Both the position numbers and the translations under genes were made by a program. A DNA stretch of 64,000 bases from Hyphochytrium catenoides. Its lineage: Eukaryota > Protista > Hyphochytriomycota. Location: assembly GCA_900088475.1 (NCBI GenBank), contig FLMG01002747.1, forward strand, positions 1 to 64,000, given 5' to 3'. This document shows, in pieces, positions 1 to 13,733 of the stretch. How positions within the stretch are numbered: the first letter of the stretch is position 1; each line of letters begins with the position of its first letter. The notes beneath the pieces were generated by a model, which was not told the origin of the DNA, ran no database searches, and saw only the letters and a list, made by a program, of their open reading frames with translations.

Positions 1-119
1 TCTCTCGCTCTCGCTCTCGCTCTCGCTCTCGCTCTCTCTCGCTCTCTCTTTGTCTTTCTTCTTCCACCTCCCTTTGCTTCTTATCTTTCTGTTTGCTCTA
101 TTATCTCTCCATTTCTTAG

Positions 120-505
120 CTAAAAGAAATGCTTGGCCAAGAACTTAAGAGTGTGCTTTCAACTCTGTCAGAGAGGGAGAGAGACAGGTTTATCGAGGCA
201 AGCTTTTTAGCTTCCGTCCTCGAGAAACAGAGCCAAGGGTCAAAGAACGCAAGAGGTAAAGAGAACAGGAGAGAGGAAGAGATTGAGCAAATGAGATGGA
301 GAGAGTGAGAGAGAGAGACATTCAGGATAGTTGGGACAATGGCTTAAAAAGGAGAAGACGGCCATCTTTCCCTCCCCTATCTCTTTACAGTCTGCGGATA
401 TACGTGAAAATCTACTTGCAGACATGTATTAGCCCGGCTCTCTACCTTTCCCTCTTCTCACTGGATTCTCATCTTCCTTCGTTGTCACTTCTTTTGTTGT
501 TGTTG

Positions 506-576
<71 letters not shown>

Positions 577-3500
577 GCTATTTAGGTTACGCCCCTTATC
601 CAGTAACCCTGATTAGCAGAGAGCTGAAGGCCGTCCTGCGATATATTGAGAGGAGGGAGACAAGAAGAGAAAGAGACAAAGCAAAGGATATAACTCCGGC
701 GAGAGAATCCCATTACCAAGAGAGAGAGAGAGAGGAAAGAGAGACGAGAGAAGAGCCAGAGTCGAGAGAAGTAAAAGAGGAAGCACAGGAAGCACAGGGA
801 GCGCTAGATATGCGAGCTGCTGGCGGAACCATGGACGAAAGAAAGAGAATGCTACATGCTCACGCCCAAGCTCATGCCGCGCGGGTCAGTAGATCAGCGG
901 AGATCTGATAATGTTTGTGTGAGTGAGACGGACAGGCAGGCAGAGAGACAGATGGGAGAGAGACAGAGAGAGACACACACAGGAAGAGAGAGAGAGAGAA
1001 TGGGCAAGAGAGAAAAGATGGAGAGAGGGTAAGAGAGCTGAGAAAGAGGGAAGGATAGAGGAGAGAGAGGCCTGAGAATGAGAGAGAGAGAATAAGATGA
1101 AGAGTAGATTAATAGAGAGAGAGAGAGAGAGAGAAGCAGAGGAAAAAAAGCGATTGACTCTTAATATGAGAGAGAGAGAGAGAGAAGCAGAGAAAAAAAA
1201 CAATTGACCTCTAAGAGTCAATCGCTTTTCTCTAACTCTTCTTCCTCCTCCGTAGATAAGACAGAGACGACGGGAAGAGGCAGAGAGACACGAGATGGCC
1301 CTGCAGGAGTCAGAGCAAAGAATAGTTTCCCACCGGAGGAAAAAGGAAGAAGAAGAGAAGAGGGAGAGGGAAGAGAAAGAAAGACACCTTCGCGAGCTAA
1401 AGGAGTTGAACTTTATGATAAAGATGGATCTCGAGAGCCGCCGATGGCAGGAAGCTGAAGAGCTAAAGAAGAGAGACGACGAGGGTAAAAGAGAACGGGA
1501 GAGGAGAGTCAGAGAGCAAGAGGAGAGAGAGAGAGAAGAGAGAGAGAGAAAGTGTCTCCACCGGGAGGAACTGATTATGAGAAAGAGATGTGCAGTTGAG
1601 AGAAGGAGAGAAAGGCAAGAGACAGCGGCGCAGCAGGCGAAGAGACAGGAGCAGGAAAGGAGAGAGATTGTCTTGATGCTTCAGGTAAGAGAGAAAAGGA
1701 AGAGTAATGGAAGAGAAAAGCATGAGGCAGTTGAAAGAGTGACGTAGTGAGGAAGAGAGCAAGAAGAGTCCTCTGAAGAAGCTTTAGGTGGACAACGGAG
1801 ACTCCTGGAAGGGGTGCCAAAACAGAGAAGAAGAGGAAAGAAAGGGAGAGACGAAGAGAAAGGAGGAGGGGTGGAAACGCAGAGATAGATGGAGAGACAG
1901 CGAGAGTGAAAACTAAGCATTAAGCGAGAAAGTGAGAGCGAGAGAAACAGAGACACAGAGAGAACGCGAGGGGAGGCGCTCGAGAAGAAAAAGAGGGAGA
2001 TAGAGAGAGGAGAGTTAGAGGAAGAGAAAGAAGCACAAAAGGTCTAGATAGTCAACTAACGCAACGCCACTTTCTCCCGTAGGAGGACAAGGAAGCTCGT
2101 CAGCAGAGAGAAAGAGAGAGAGAGGCAGCTCAGTTTCACGCAGCAAACGCTACTGAGATAGAGAGGCTCAGAAAATGGAGAGAAAGCAAGAGCGAAGCTA
2201 TAGAGAGAGAGAGAATGGGCCAGGAAGAGAAGCAAATGCGGAAGTATTTGAAGCTAAGAAGAGAAGAGCAGGGAAGAGAGAAAAGAGAAGCTTTTGTGAC
2301 CAGGTATTGTCCTGTTTGGGGTCTCCTCTTTTGTCTCTGGCGTAGTTCTTAGAAGAGCTTCTTGTATGATACTCTCTCTCTCTCTCTCTCTTTCCTTCCC
2401 ATTACTCCCTGTCTTCCTCTCTCTCACTGTCGCTTTCTTGTCTCCATTCATCCTGTTATCTGGGTCGAACTATGTCTCTCTCTCCCTTCCCTCTCCCACC
2501 ATCTCCCACTCTCCCAGGTCTCCCTTTCTCTCTCTCCCCTTGGTTTTGACGCTCGTTTTCTGTTCAAGATGGCTTCAGGAGGATCGAGAGCGCAAGCGGA
2601 TGGCCTCAGAGGAGGCACACAGCAAAGCAGCAGAAGAGAGATGGAAACTCCTCCGTCTTAGCGCAATAGAGAGAGAGGAAAGAGAGCGGGGAGATATGGG
2701 AAGAGAAGAGGAGAGGACTAGAGCCTATCAGGAGGAAGAGAAAAGGAGGATGAAGAAAGCTCAGCAGCTGCAGGAAGTAGAGAAAGTCCAGAGGTTACTC
2801 CTGGAGACAGAAGAGAAGAAAGAGAGAGAAAAAATAGAGGAAGACAGGAGGAAAAGGAGGAAAAAAGAAGAGACAAGGGAAGTGATAGAGTCTCTATCAA
2901 TGCGGCAGGAGGAAGCAAGAGAAAGAGCACGGTTGCGGGCTATAAAGGAAGGACAAGAGAAAGAGAGAGAGACGAGAGAGAAAAGAGAGCGCTTCAAGAG
3001 AGAGAAAGAGGCCTTTCTTCAACGCCTCAGTGCCCTTCCTCAGAAGCAGTCACATCAGGACGAAAGTGATGGTGAGAGAGAGGGAGAGAAAGAGGCCAAG
3101 ATTCCTGTCAACGTTGGTACTCCTGCACAGGACGCGCAAGAGAGAAAAGCGGAGACGGCTACAGACCAGAGAGAGACGACTCAGGAGATTGACAAAGAAG
3201 AAGAGAGAAGGCGACAATTCTCCTCTTTCCTCGAATTGGCAGTGGGGAGAGAGAGGGATGAGCTTGTCTACGCCCTCTTAGAGACGTTAAGCGAGGAGTC
3301 TCTCTCTTTTGTCCTCTCAGAAGAAGTACAAAAAATGCTCTTGGTTATGAAGAAAAGGAGAGAAGAAGAGGAAAAGCAACTGAGATTCCAACGGACCAAG
3401 AGAGAAGAAGAAGAGAAGCAAAAGAGAGAAAGAGAGGAGACACAGCGAAAGGAAGAAGAGGATCGGAGACGGATTGCGGAGGAAGAAAAGAGGAAAGAAG

Positions 3501-5795
3501 ACAGGAGAAGAAAGGAAGAGGAAGACATGCAGAAAGAAGAAGAGGAAAGCCGGCAAGCAGACACAAGAAAAAGACTAGAAGAGCTAGAGATAGAGAGGAG
3601 AAGAAGACAAGAGGAACTGGAGAAGGCTGAAGCTGAGAAAAGGAAGAAAGAGGAAGAAGAGATCCTCCAAAGAGAGAAAGAGAACAAGCTGAAGAGAGAG
3701 GAAGAAGAGAGAATTCTGATGCACGAGAGGCTCACGAGAGAAGAAGAGGAAAGGAGGCACAGTGAAGAAGCAGAAGAGGAGAGGAGGAAAGAAGAGGAAG
3801 AGCAAATGAAGAGAGAAGAGAAAGAGAGACAACTCAAGAAAGAAGAAGAAGCCAGATTAAAATTGAAGGGAGAAGAGAGACTAGGGAAGGAGGGAGACGA
3901 GAGAGAGAAGACGAACAAGAGCGTTGAGGAAACCTTGTTTACGCTCCACGTCACTCAATCTTTGGCCGAGGAAGAGGTCCAACGCATCTTCGACGGTGCA
4001 GAAGAGCCAGCTCTCTCTCTCTCACTCTTTCCATCTCTCCCTCCCTCTTACTCACAGGAAGAAGAACCTCTCACCTCCTCTGTTTCCTCTCTTGGGGTCT
4101 CTTCCTCCATAGTGAACCCTTCTTTAACCTTTCCGGGCTCTCGGCCTGAAGCAGCTTCAAAGAACGAGGGAGACGCTGCTGTCTCTCTCTCTTCTACTCT
4201 CTCTTCTGCTGTCTCTTCTACTCTCTCTTCTGCTGTCTCTTCTGCTGTCTCTTCTACTGTCTCTTCTTCTCTCTCCTCTTCTCCTTCGTCTCTCCCTACC
4301 AAACGCTTGATCGCTCATCAGGAAGCAAACTTTAAGGCACCTCCGACCTTTACTCCTTCAGCTGACAAGGATGGGAAGGTGAGTCTTCTTTCTTTTTCTC
4401 GTTCATCTTTCTTTGGTTCTCTTCTAAATATTGTGGTCTCTCTCTTTCCCCCTCTCTCTCTCTGTCTGTTTCTCTCTTTTTCTCCCTCTCTCTCCTCGAT
4501 CTCTCTCTCTCTTTCTTTGCTCTCTTTGCGTCCCACTCGTTTGTCCCCTCGTTCTTCTCTTCTTCATTCCCCTCGGGGACTGTGGTGGCTAGTTCTATTT
4601 TTTGAGCCCCTGCCTCTTCTCAACCCTCTTTCTCCCTTCCGGTCTTTCTCTCTCTAGCTCTCTGCCTCCAGGAAGTTCAGAGCTTTGGCGAAATTGGCGG
4701 CGGTCATTCCTCCTCCTGGTAAACTAAGGAGATGTCCCTTCCCCCCTGTCTCCTCTCTCTCTCTCTCTCGCTGTCTATCTCTCTTTCTCCAGCCTCCTAT
4801 CGCCGCAAATCTACCCCTGCCATCCTGCTCTCTTTGCATGGCCACGACGCTGCCTAACTCTAATCCCTTCCTCTCTCACTCTCTTTCTTTTCTTTGATCA
4901 GCCCCTCCTCCGGTGCAGCCTGCGGACCCTAAGGAGGTGGAGGCAATGAGCCATGAAGACATGGCCTCCAATGTTTGGAGGAAGAGGGAGGCGGAAGGTC
5001 ATTCCTTGCCGTCCTCTCTCTCTCTCTCTCTCTCTCTCTGGCTCTCTCTCTTCCTCTCTCTCTCTCTCTTTTGTTATCTCTCAGCCTCTTCCTCGCCTCT
5101 TATCTATATGTCTCTCTGTCGTTCTCTGATAGCTCTCTCTCTGTTCTCTTTCTTTCTTTAATATGTTTCACTCTGGACGTCTTTGATATTCATCGCATAT
5201 TTCCCGTTGTGGGCCCTCTCATCTTCTTTTCATGTCTAATGCCTTCCATACCTCTTCTTCCGTCATTAAGTCGTCTCTCTCTGAATAAGACTCTTGTGGC
5301 TTGACTTGCTTCTGATCTATCTGTCTCTCTCTCTCCGCCGTTGTCCTTTTCCTCTTCCGTCTCTGTTTCCAGGATGGCGTCTCGCAAAGATACTTTGGGA
5401 TCCCTTCGAGTTGGCCATGTTCAGAGAGGTGGCAGGTAGAGCACAACTACTCTCTCCAGACCCCCTCTTTCTGTCCCTTTCTTCTCTGTCGGTCTGTGTC
5501 TCACTCTTTCTTTCTGTCTCGCTCCGCACTCTCTCTCTTTCTCTCCCTGTTTCTCTCTTTCCGTCTCTCTGTCTCTGTGGCTGTCTGTCTCTTTCTCTGT
5601 CTTTCTCTCTGAGGCTTCACCATCTCTCCTAAGATGTCCGTTATGATTTAGGACTAGGACCGTGTCGCTTCGTTTACCTTGACTCTGTTTCAGGCGTTGT
5701 TTCCCGTTTGCATGCATCACCCTTTTTTTTCTCTCTTCTCTTCATAACGTTCTTATTTTATATCTCTCTTTTCTCTAACTTTTCTTCTGTCCCCT

Positions 5796-5833
<38 letters not shown>

Positions 5834-8102
5834 CGTCTCTGTCTCTCTCTCTCCCCCCTCCCTCTCCCTTTCTCTCTCTCTCTCTCCCTCGCCCCTTCTG
5901 TCTCTCTCTTCCCTCTCTTCATAGGCTGGCACTGGGAAGAATGGTGCCAGGCCACTGTAGACACAGTGATCCGGCGCTTTGGCCTTCGACAAGTCTCTTC
6001 CTTTCCTCTCCCGGTGGACAAGCTCCTGCACTCCAGTCAGGCGGAAGATCCGTTGGATCTCTCTTCTGAAGATCTTCCCACAGCTGAGGAACTGCTGATG
6101 GTCGATGTGGAAGAAATCAAGCAGATGCAGTCCTCAGCCAGAGTGACGAAGATCATTGAGCTGCTGCATGTAAGGGCGAGGAAGGAAGAGACAGAGAAAG
6201 GGAGAGAGGGAGAACGGAGAGGAAGGAACAGAAGAAGTGGGAAGAGAGGGAGAAAATATCCTTGAGATTTATGGAAGTGTAAGGACGAGGAGAGAGAGGC
6301 CGGGCGAAATAAAGCGAGAGAGAGAGAAAGAGAGAGAGAAGAGAACGACTTAAGGGGCAAAGATGTTTGAGGGTGACGACAAAGCCTATCCACAGGCCAC
6401 TATTGAGATAGAACAGTCTACTATACACCTTGTACCCCGGGATAAGAGAAAGAGAGAGAAAGAGAGAGAGACTGTGGAAAGACAACACCCTCGTCAGTCG
6501 AGCAGCTTTCTCCATTATCGTACCTTTGTTGACTGTCTTTTCTCTCTCTCTCTCTTTCATGTCTCTCTTTCTCTTCCTCTCCTTCGACACCCAGCCAAAG
6601 TATTCGGCTGGATTGTCAAGGTATCACAGGCTGCGGGATAAGCTGAAGGAGGTGGCGAAGAGAAAGAAAAGAGGAAAAGTGACGAAAGCCTCAGAAGAGA
6701 AGAGAAGTGATGAGAAGGGGGAGAAGCCAAGAAAAAGAAGGGGAAGACGACCGCTCCCGCCTTCTTCTATATCCTCCGCTTCTCCAGCTCTTTCTTCTCC
6801 TTCTCCTGCTGGGTCTGTCCCTCCCTCTTCGCCAGCAGAGCGATTGAGAGAGAAGAAGCCACAAGAGAAGAAGAGAGAGGATACGAAAAGGAAGAGAGAA
6901 GAAGAAGAGGAAGAAGAGAGCGAGGGAGTGGAGGAAGGCAGTGACTCTCATGGTGAAGAGGAGGGAGAAGAAGACTCAGGAGAAGAAGACTCGGAGGATG
7001 AGGACTCAGCGAGCAGTGAGGATGACCGGGAAGAAGAGAGAGAGGACGAAGGAGAAGGAGATCCTTCCCGTCCTGCCTCTTCCTCAAGTCTGCGCGCTCG
7101 CCTCGAGGCGTCAGAAAGAGCTCTCCTTCCCCTGGCTAGGCATCTGGCGTGGTCTTACGTCACGCTGTGGAGAATATCGGCAGAGAAGCTGTTCCTGAAG
7201 AGAGGCATAAGGTGAATGCTGCATTGTGCTTCATCCCTATCTTTTCTCTCTCTCCTTCTTTCTCTCTCTCTTTGTCCTTCTTCCTTCTCTGGTTATTCTC
7301 TCCTTTCCTCGCTCTTCTTCTTTCTCCCTCGCCCTTCTCTCTGATGTCTGTCTCGGAGACTCTCTCTTCGGATCTTCTATGACTGGCGCTCTGCGGTTTC
7401 CGTGTCTGCCCTTCACCTCTCAATTTTGCTCTCTCCCTGCTTTGCTCTCTTCTTTCCGTCAGTTCTCCATATCTATCTCTTGGACTTGACATCTGTGGAG
7501 CTCTTGTCCGTCTCGACCCAAAACTATCTTCTGTTCCTTTCTCTCCCGCTCTGGGTCTCAATTTTGTCCTTTTCTATCAATGAGCTCTCTCTCTCTCTTT
7601 TTTTTGTGCTCCCTCTCACTCCTATCTTTTAGCAATCCAGAGATTGTTGGCTTGGTTTCTATAGCGACCACAGGGCTAGAGCTAAGCTCACTCTCTCTTC
7701 TCTCCTCTCTCTGTTGCTCTCCTTTTGATTGCTCTTCCTGATTATAGGGCGATGGCTCTGGCTGTGGAGCTCTGTAAGGCAAAGGCTGAACTTCAGAGCC
7801 TCTTGGTCGACCTCGCTGGCTTCTATGAGGAAGCAGGTGGGGAGAAAATTGGCTTCCCTCTCTCTCTCTCAGTCTTCTTTCTTATTCTTTTTCTTTTCCT
7901 CTTTCTCTCTCTGACTGCCTGCCACTTGCCTCACCTGTGTGGCACTTTCTGCCTTCGAAAACTAGGGAAATTTCGCAAGGCGCTGGACATTTTCTCCAAG
8001 TTTATTCCACAGTATCCCAAGTATAAAGGTCAGCTGTCAGGTCACTGGCCTCTGCTGGGATTTCTCCTTTCACTCTTTCCTCTTTCTCTCTCTTTCTCTC
8101 TA

Positions 8103-8175
<73 letters not shown>

Positions 8176-9922
8176 TCTAAATCCCTATGGCCTCGTCTTC
8201 CTCGCAGGCGCCTAGCCTTTCCTCTCCATGTGGCACATTTTATGAACCTTGCTGCCTCCTTAACACGCTCTCTCTCTCTCCGTGTTTGTCTCTCTCTCTT
8301 GGTCTCACTTTCTCCAAATCGCTCATTCTCTCTTCTAGGCATACGGCTAGTGATCGCTCGCTCCGCGGTGATGATGCTGCGGGTTGGGAAGTACAAAGAG
8401 AGTGCCAAATACTTCTTCCACATCCTCGAAAGTCCGCCGAAGCCCTTCCAGAAAGATGAACTTCAGGTTGTCCCAGGAGGAACGTGGCGGAAAGAACAGG
8501 AGGAGAGAGAGAGACGGAGAGAGACAGAAATATTGACAGAAAGAGAGAGAGCAGAAAACGAGAAGGCACTGTTATATGCAGTTTGCTTCGCCTGCTCATT
8601 CTCCTCGGCCTCTCTTCTCCTCTGGTCCCTGGCTCTTTCCTTTACTACTCTCCACACCCTCTCTTTCCGTTCTTCTGAGCTGTGTGACTATTCTTCTCTA
8701 TCTCTAACACTCTCTCTATTGCCTCTCTCTCTCTTTCTCTCTATTCGTTTCTCCTTTCTCCGGCGAAGCTGTTGATCTCTATGGCCTATGAGCTAGATGG
8801 GGACCAAGAGATCGCTGAGGCGACATATCACGAGGCTTACGCCCAGAGAGTGGACAGAATAGGACTTCCAGGTAACAGCTTGGAGACTTGGCTCCTGATA
8901 ACAAGCAGCTTTGGCCACGCGACAGATAGAAGGGACTACACTGCATCGAAGCTAACTTGGCCCAAGAGAGAGAGAGAAAGAGAGAAAGAGAGAGACACAG
9001 AGAACTGAGACACACAGAGAGAGACAAAGAAAGAAGATGAATGCGAGGAAGATAGCGAAGAGAGCGAGATTAGGCAGGGAGCCATAGAGGATGGAAGCGA
9101 GAGAGATGAGAGCCACAGATAGAGGGAGATTGCGTAGTTGTGAGAAAGAGAAAGAGAGAGGAGGTATGAGCTCGAGTGAGATGGTACTGGTACAGAAAGC
9201 GCAGCAATGCCAGCAGCCACAAAATATGGTTTCATCCTTGTCCTTTCCTCTGTACAACTCTAACTCTCTTTCCTATGCGTTGTCTGGTCTGCTTCCTGTT
9301 CTCACTTCCTTTCTCAGGAGTTCTGGGGCTCTCTTCAGCGGAAGCGTGGCATCGTTCCTCTCGCATGTGGCTGAGTCAAGCCGAGGAATGGGAGAGGAGG
9401 AGGGAATTCTCTATCGCCGAGCTGGCTTATGAGAGATACCTGAAGCTTGTTGAGGGAGGAGAACAGTGCGATATGCCGCTGGAAACGCTCTGGATGAAGA
9501 GAGCGGTACGTACGGGTGGGAAAGATGAAGGCAGGAGAAAGAAGAAAGGAGGAAATAGAGCTTGATGAGGTGGAAGAGGAGTGGCCAGATAAAAAGAGAG
9601 ACGGACGAGAAAGGAGAGTGTTATTTTTTCTTTGCTCTCTAGAGGAAATGCCCCCCGGTCTCTCTCCCTGTTCGCTTAGGCATATGGATGACGAAAGTTC
9701 TCATCATTAAGATGCACACGTTTTAACTCTCTCTCGTTTGTCGCTCTCTCTCTCTCTCTCTCTCCGTCTGGATTGAACTTGTGGCCTCAGCTCTGTTACT
9801 ATCATATGGACAAGCAGGAGCAACTGCATCTCTGCATTGATAAAGCACTCGATCTCAAGAGTTTCTTCGACAGAGCGAGAGAGAAGCTCGCACATGCAAC
9901 CAAAAGAAAGAAGGGACCCTAG
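120..9922 (+). CDS. Large multi-exon protein, 5'-partial: long E/R/K-rich coiled coil, Ser-rich linker and C-terminal TPR-like helical repeats
   Basis: GT-AG-bounded exons join in frame (e.g. 587-885, 1256-1684, 2569-4378, 6595-7211, 9318-9505, 9791-9922 ending TAG). C-terminal exons read TPR-like: KFRKALDIFSKFIPQYP, GKYKESAKYFFHIL, EIAEATYHEAY, AELAYERYLKL. Some internal boundaries are approximate. Confidence 0.7.
509..575. repeat. (CT)n microsatellite, intronic
   Basis: Near-perfect CT dinucleotide run. Confidence 0.95.
1146..1229. repeat. 18-bp perfect inverted repeat inside an intron
   Basis: aaaagcgattgactctta (1146-1163) is the exact reverse complement of taagagtcaatcgctttt (1212-1229). 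Confidence 0.9.
4176..4272 (+). repeat. 12-bp coding minisatellite encoding SSTL/SSAV repeats
   Basis: Tandem tcttct(a/g)ct(c/g)tc units; translation VSLSSTLSSAVSSTLSSAVSSAVSSTVSSSL. Confidence 0.85.
8096..8175. repeat. (CT)n microsatellite, intronic
   Basis: Long CT dinucleotide run. Confidence 0.95.
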
Positions 9923-10524
9923 AACCTACCAAGGCCCGAGCAAGAGCACCTGAGAAAGATATTATTAAGTACAGATAGCAGCTCTCCACCCCAGAGAGAG
10001 AGAACCACATAGAAGAGCTCTGAATCTGTCCTCCGAAGGGAGTCGAGAACGAGGAAGAGAGATACTCTTGACTACTAGGACGAGAGGGAGAGGTGACGCA
10101 CTCCCTCATCGCAGCTATTTATTCAATATTTATTACTCCCTTTCCTAGTTACGGCGGTACCAATGGCCGTCACCCGAGGAGTCTCTCCGGAATGAGAGAG
10201 GCATGAAAAGACAAAGACAGAGAAACACAAGCTCTCGTGCAAGGCGAGAGAGAGTGATGCCTTCAGACAACTGTGGTCTTTCTCTTCAGACTGAACCATT
10301 GCTAGCTTTTCCCCTCAGACTTGAATCTTGGGTTACGGGAGGGGAAACAACAAGACGCTGAAAGAGTTGAGCGGACAAAGAGAGCTAGAATGGCCGGAGT
10401 AGTCTCTTTTGCTGCATCCCTCCTCCAGCTGAGTGCGATACTCTTAACGAAAAGAGGCAGAGAATAACCCTTCTCTCCTGTTCTTCCTTTTCCTCTCGGT
10501 CTGTAGAGCACCAGAGCCAGAGTC

Positions 10525-13500
10525 TTAGGCATTCCTGTCTCGGTCCTCTAAGTGGAGGTTTTCCTCCGTCTGTGACTGCAATAATCGACGTCGTGAGAGA
10601 GCAAACACTGCTTCTAAAGCACTTTCCTCCCTCCGCCCGCTGTCCTCGTCCTGGACTTGTCTTTGAACCGCCCGGAAAGGAGAGATAGTCCTTGTTGTCT
10701 CGATACTGCTAGTTCTTTGTCTGCTACTGGTGATGGACGAACTAATCGTGGACGAGGAGCGTCCTCTATCCGCTGTAGGGACTGCGTCTCCTTCTCCTCT
10801 GACCGGAGGAGAGGAGAACGACGCCACATTCGGAGGTCTTCCATAGGTGAGTGAGCCAATCTCTCTTGGTTGGTCTATAGATACTCTCCCGCTTTGAAGA
10901 GCAGGCACCTCATGGCGATTCCAGAAGAACATCATAGAATGAAACAAAAAGAGAACCGTCGAGATCAGGACTAGGTAAGAAAAGCCAAAGGGAAAGGAAA
11001 AGAAGTAGATGTGAAAGAGAGAGAAGTAGTAGAACATCGCACGAGGAAAGAACCGCACACTGGTCCTAGTCCGCACACTCACTACAGAGAAGAGCTCACA
11101 GAGCCAGACAAGAGAAAGAACCATAAATGCGAGTAGCTGATCGTTGAAGAACTCGAAGAGGAAGAAGAGAATGCCCACGACGATCGGGACGAAAACTAAG
11201 CTTTCTACCACGTGCGTGAAGATCAGAGGGCCGTAGGGAAGACGGTTCCTCACATGGTGCTGAAGGAGAAAAGTGAACTTCAGCATTCTCTCTTGGGTCT
11301 CTCTTAACGTGAAAGAGATGAGTGTCGTGATCGTAAAGAAGAGAAAGAGCGTCGTGATGAGCACGCCCAGCTTAAAGACGAAGAAAGTCTCTCCACTGGC
11401 AGTGGATGCTCGGAACTCGGAGGCGTAGTTGAGACTGATGAGCTCTTTGGAAACAGCGTTGTAGAGAAAGCCCCTTCCTCCATATAAATGTATGAGGTTG
11501 TTCACAATAATCGTGTCATAGCCAATAACGTTCTCCAGCAGGATCTGGAGGAAAGGGCCGCCTACAATGGCGGGCGAAAGACAGAAACGAGGGATTTAGA
11601 GAAGGAAAAGAGATATGCTGTCAGACAAGCTGGGCAGACGGCCAGAGCCAGACCTATTATCCGCCCCACCTGTGACTGTTTTTGGGAGAGAGAAGCAGCG
11701 AACGCGAGCGAGATAGAAGAAAGGAGAGATGAACAGGACAAGATAACTCTGGAAGACATGAGAGAAAGTCCGTTAAGGGTATCCAACTCTGCATTCAGGC
11801 CGATCATACAATCTGGAGAGGTCATCATGGGGAAGGAAAGGAGACGAAGAGCGGCAGGAGAGAGAATTCTGCGAGACAAGATGAACTCACTCACCAATGC
11901 AGTGCTGATCACTTCGTAGAGTGATCTTCTTGGTGGTGACTCCATGAGAGGCTCTCAGCGTCTCTCTCATGACTAGATAGCTCTTTTCGAGGCTGAAGAG
12001 GTATGTAGGACGCGATATCAGCAGGTCCACTAGGTTCTCATGAAGTCCAGCAGCTGAAGGGCAGACGGCTTTCTTTTCTGCCATATTCTGCAGGCTCTGT
12101 CCAAGGTCACCCCATCCATAGTCAGTGCATTTGGTGCACTTTCTTTCTTCTTCCTTTTGAGGTTGTGTCTGGCTTTCTCCGTCGTTGCAAGGGAGACGGC
12201 GGCTCACAGACCCAAACGCTGCAGGGCTCCTGGCCCACTCTAGGGCCTCTACAAAGGAACGAAGGATGCTGTACAGAATCCAGGTCCCGTCATTTACTGT
12301 AAGAGGTCCTGCTTCTCCCCTCGTTCCCCCGTTCCCTGGTGTGACTTCTCCTCTTTGCCCTAACATTCTCTTTGACAGATCTGTAGCGACACGACTGAAG
12401 CGGCCATCGATCTGCAAAAGCAAGAGCAAGGTCATGGTCATACAGAGGAATCATAGACAAGGTAACAACACAAGGGGCTCGTCAGAGTAGTGGATGAAGC
12501 TTATCTTCACGATAGGCCGTCTACATAACAAAAGAGGACCGGGGATAAAATGAAGAGGTAAAAAAGACAAATTATTTATCACAATCTAGCTCATACGCAA
12601 GGCCTATGCATGGGAGCCGGTGTCAGAAGCTGGACGTGCCCAAGGCACACCAAGACTACAGGGAGACAGAGAAAGAAGAGAGCAACAGGGAAAATGAGCG
12701 TGCCAAAGCTTTGTTAGGCCTTACTCTGATCTCTAGAATGTGAGCCGTTAGTGGGTCACTACTCCGCGAGCTGGACAGGTTACTTTGTAGCGCGGGGCCC
12801 AAGCAGCCTGGACTTCCCAATGGGCTTATAAAGGAGAGATGCAGGTACGCCACAAGAAGGACAGAGAGAAGAGCGAAAAGGAGGACACTATATTCCATAG
12901 CCCGTCGGAACTGTCTCCAGCAAAACGCCCCGTCAAAGAAGAAAGGGTGGAGGGGTCATGGGTAGAAAGGAAGATATGTTGTCGAGAAGGAAAAGGAATG
13001 CAGGCACAACGGCGGAAAAAGGAGTCAGTCAAGTACCACGGGGACCGTGTTAACGCCCGCTGTTCTCCTAACCAGTCCTGTTCAGTCTTCCGGATCTCTC
13101 GCCTCTCTCTCTCATCATGGCATTGTCTCTTCAATCTCTCTATCTGCTCTCTCCCGAAAAAATCTTCTCTCCTCCTATCTTCTCCCGTTCCTCTTGGTGG
13201 GCTCCACTCTCCCAGTAGAAGCCATCATAGACGATAAGACCAGGAGCTTTTACCTTGGGGCCAATGTACTTCGTCACCGTCGAGACGAAGCGCGTGTGAA
13301 GCCTAAAGAAAACCTGCTCCATGCCTCGTGACGTGTCAAAGTTCACATAAGTCAAAGGCGTAGATGGAGGGAGCTCCCATTCCCCACTCTCTCCCTCTCT
13401 TTCCGTCTCGCTCCTCCTATCATCGGCTCCTGCGGCAGCCCTAGCTCTAAAGGTCCCCATATTTCTGTCGCCGGAAGGCTGGCCCCCGATTGGTCCCGGA

Positions 13501-13733
13501 GTTCCATATGATTGGGACAGTGCGCTTGCCCATTGGTTGCCACCAATTTGCAGCGGATGAGAGGCGCTGACAGCCTCTAAAGAGGAGTAAGAGAGAGAAG
13601 GAGTTGAAGAGTCCGAAGTGCCAGTCAGCTGCCCGCCTCCGCCAGAGGAGACGGACGCGCTATCTTCCCCTATTGCAGGCCCTGCCATGCTTGGCACTGT
13701 GCGGCTAAGGTTACCAAAGTAAATGGAACTCAT
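10525..13733 (-). CDS. TMEM259: Membralin (ER multi-pass protein), about 4 exons
   Basis: Spliced product contains MEQVFFRLH...RAMEYSVLLFALLSVLLVAYLH, YLFSLEKSYL...CIG|GPFLQILLENVIGYDTI, and the conserved core FTLRETQERMLKFTFLLQHH...HVVESLVFVPIVVGILFFLFEFFNDQLLAFMVLSLVWLCE. Start codon uncertain. Confidence 0.9.

Noticed and set aside
240-9900. Numerous ORFs rich in SLSLSL or RERERE, including 3268-3954 (-)
   Set aside because: They are translations of CT/GA microsatellites, introns or the antisense of the coiled-coil exons.
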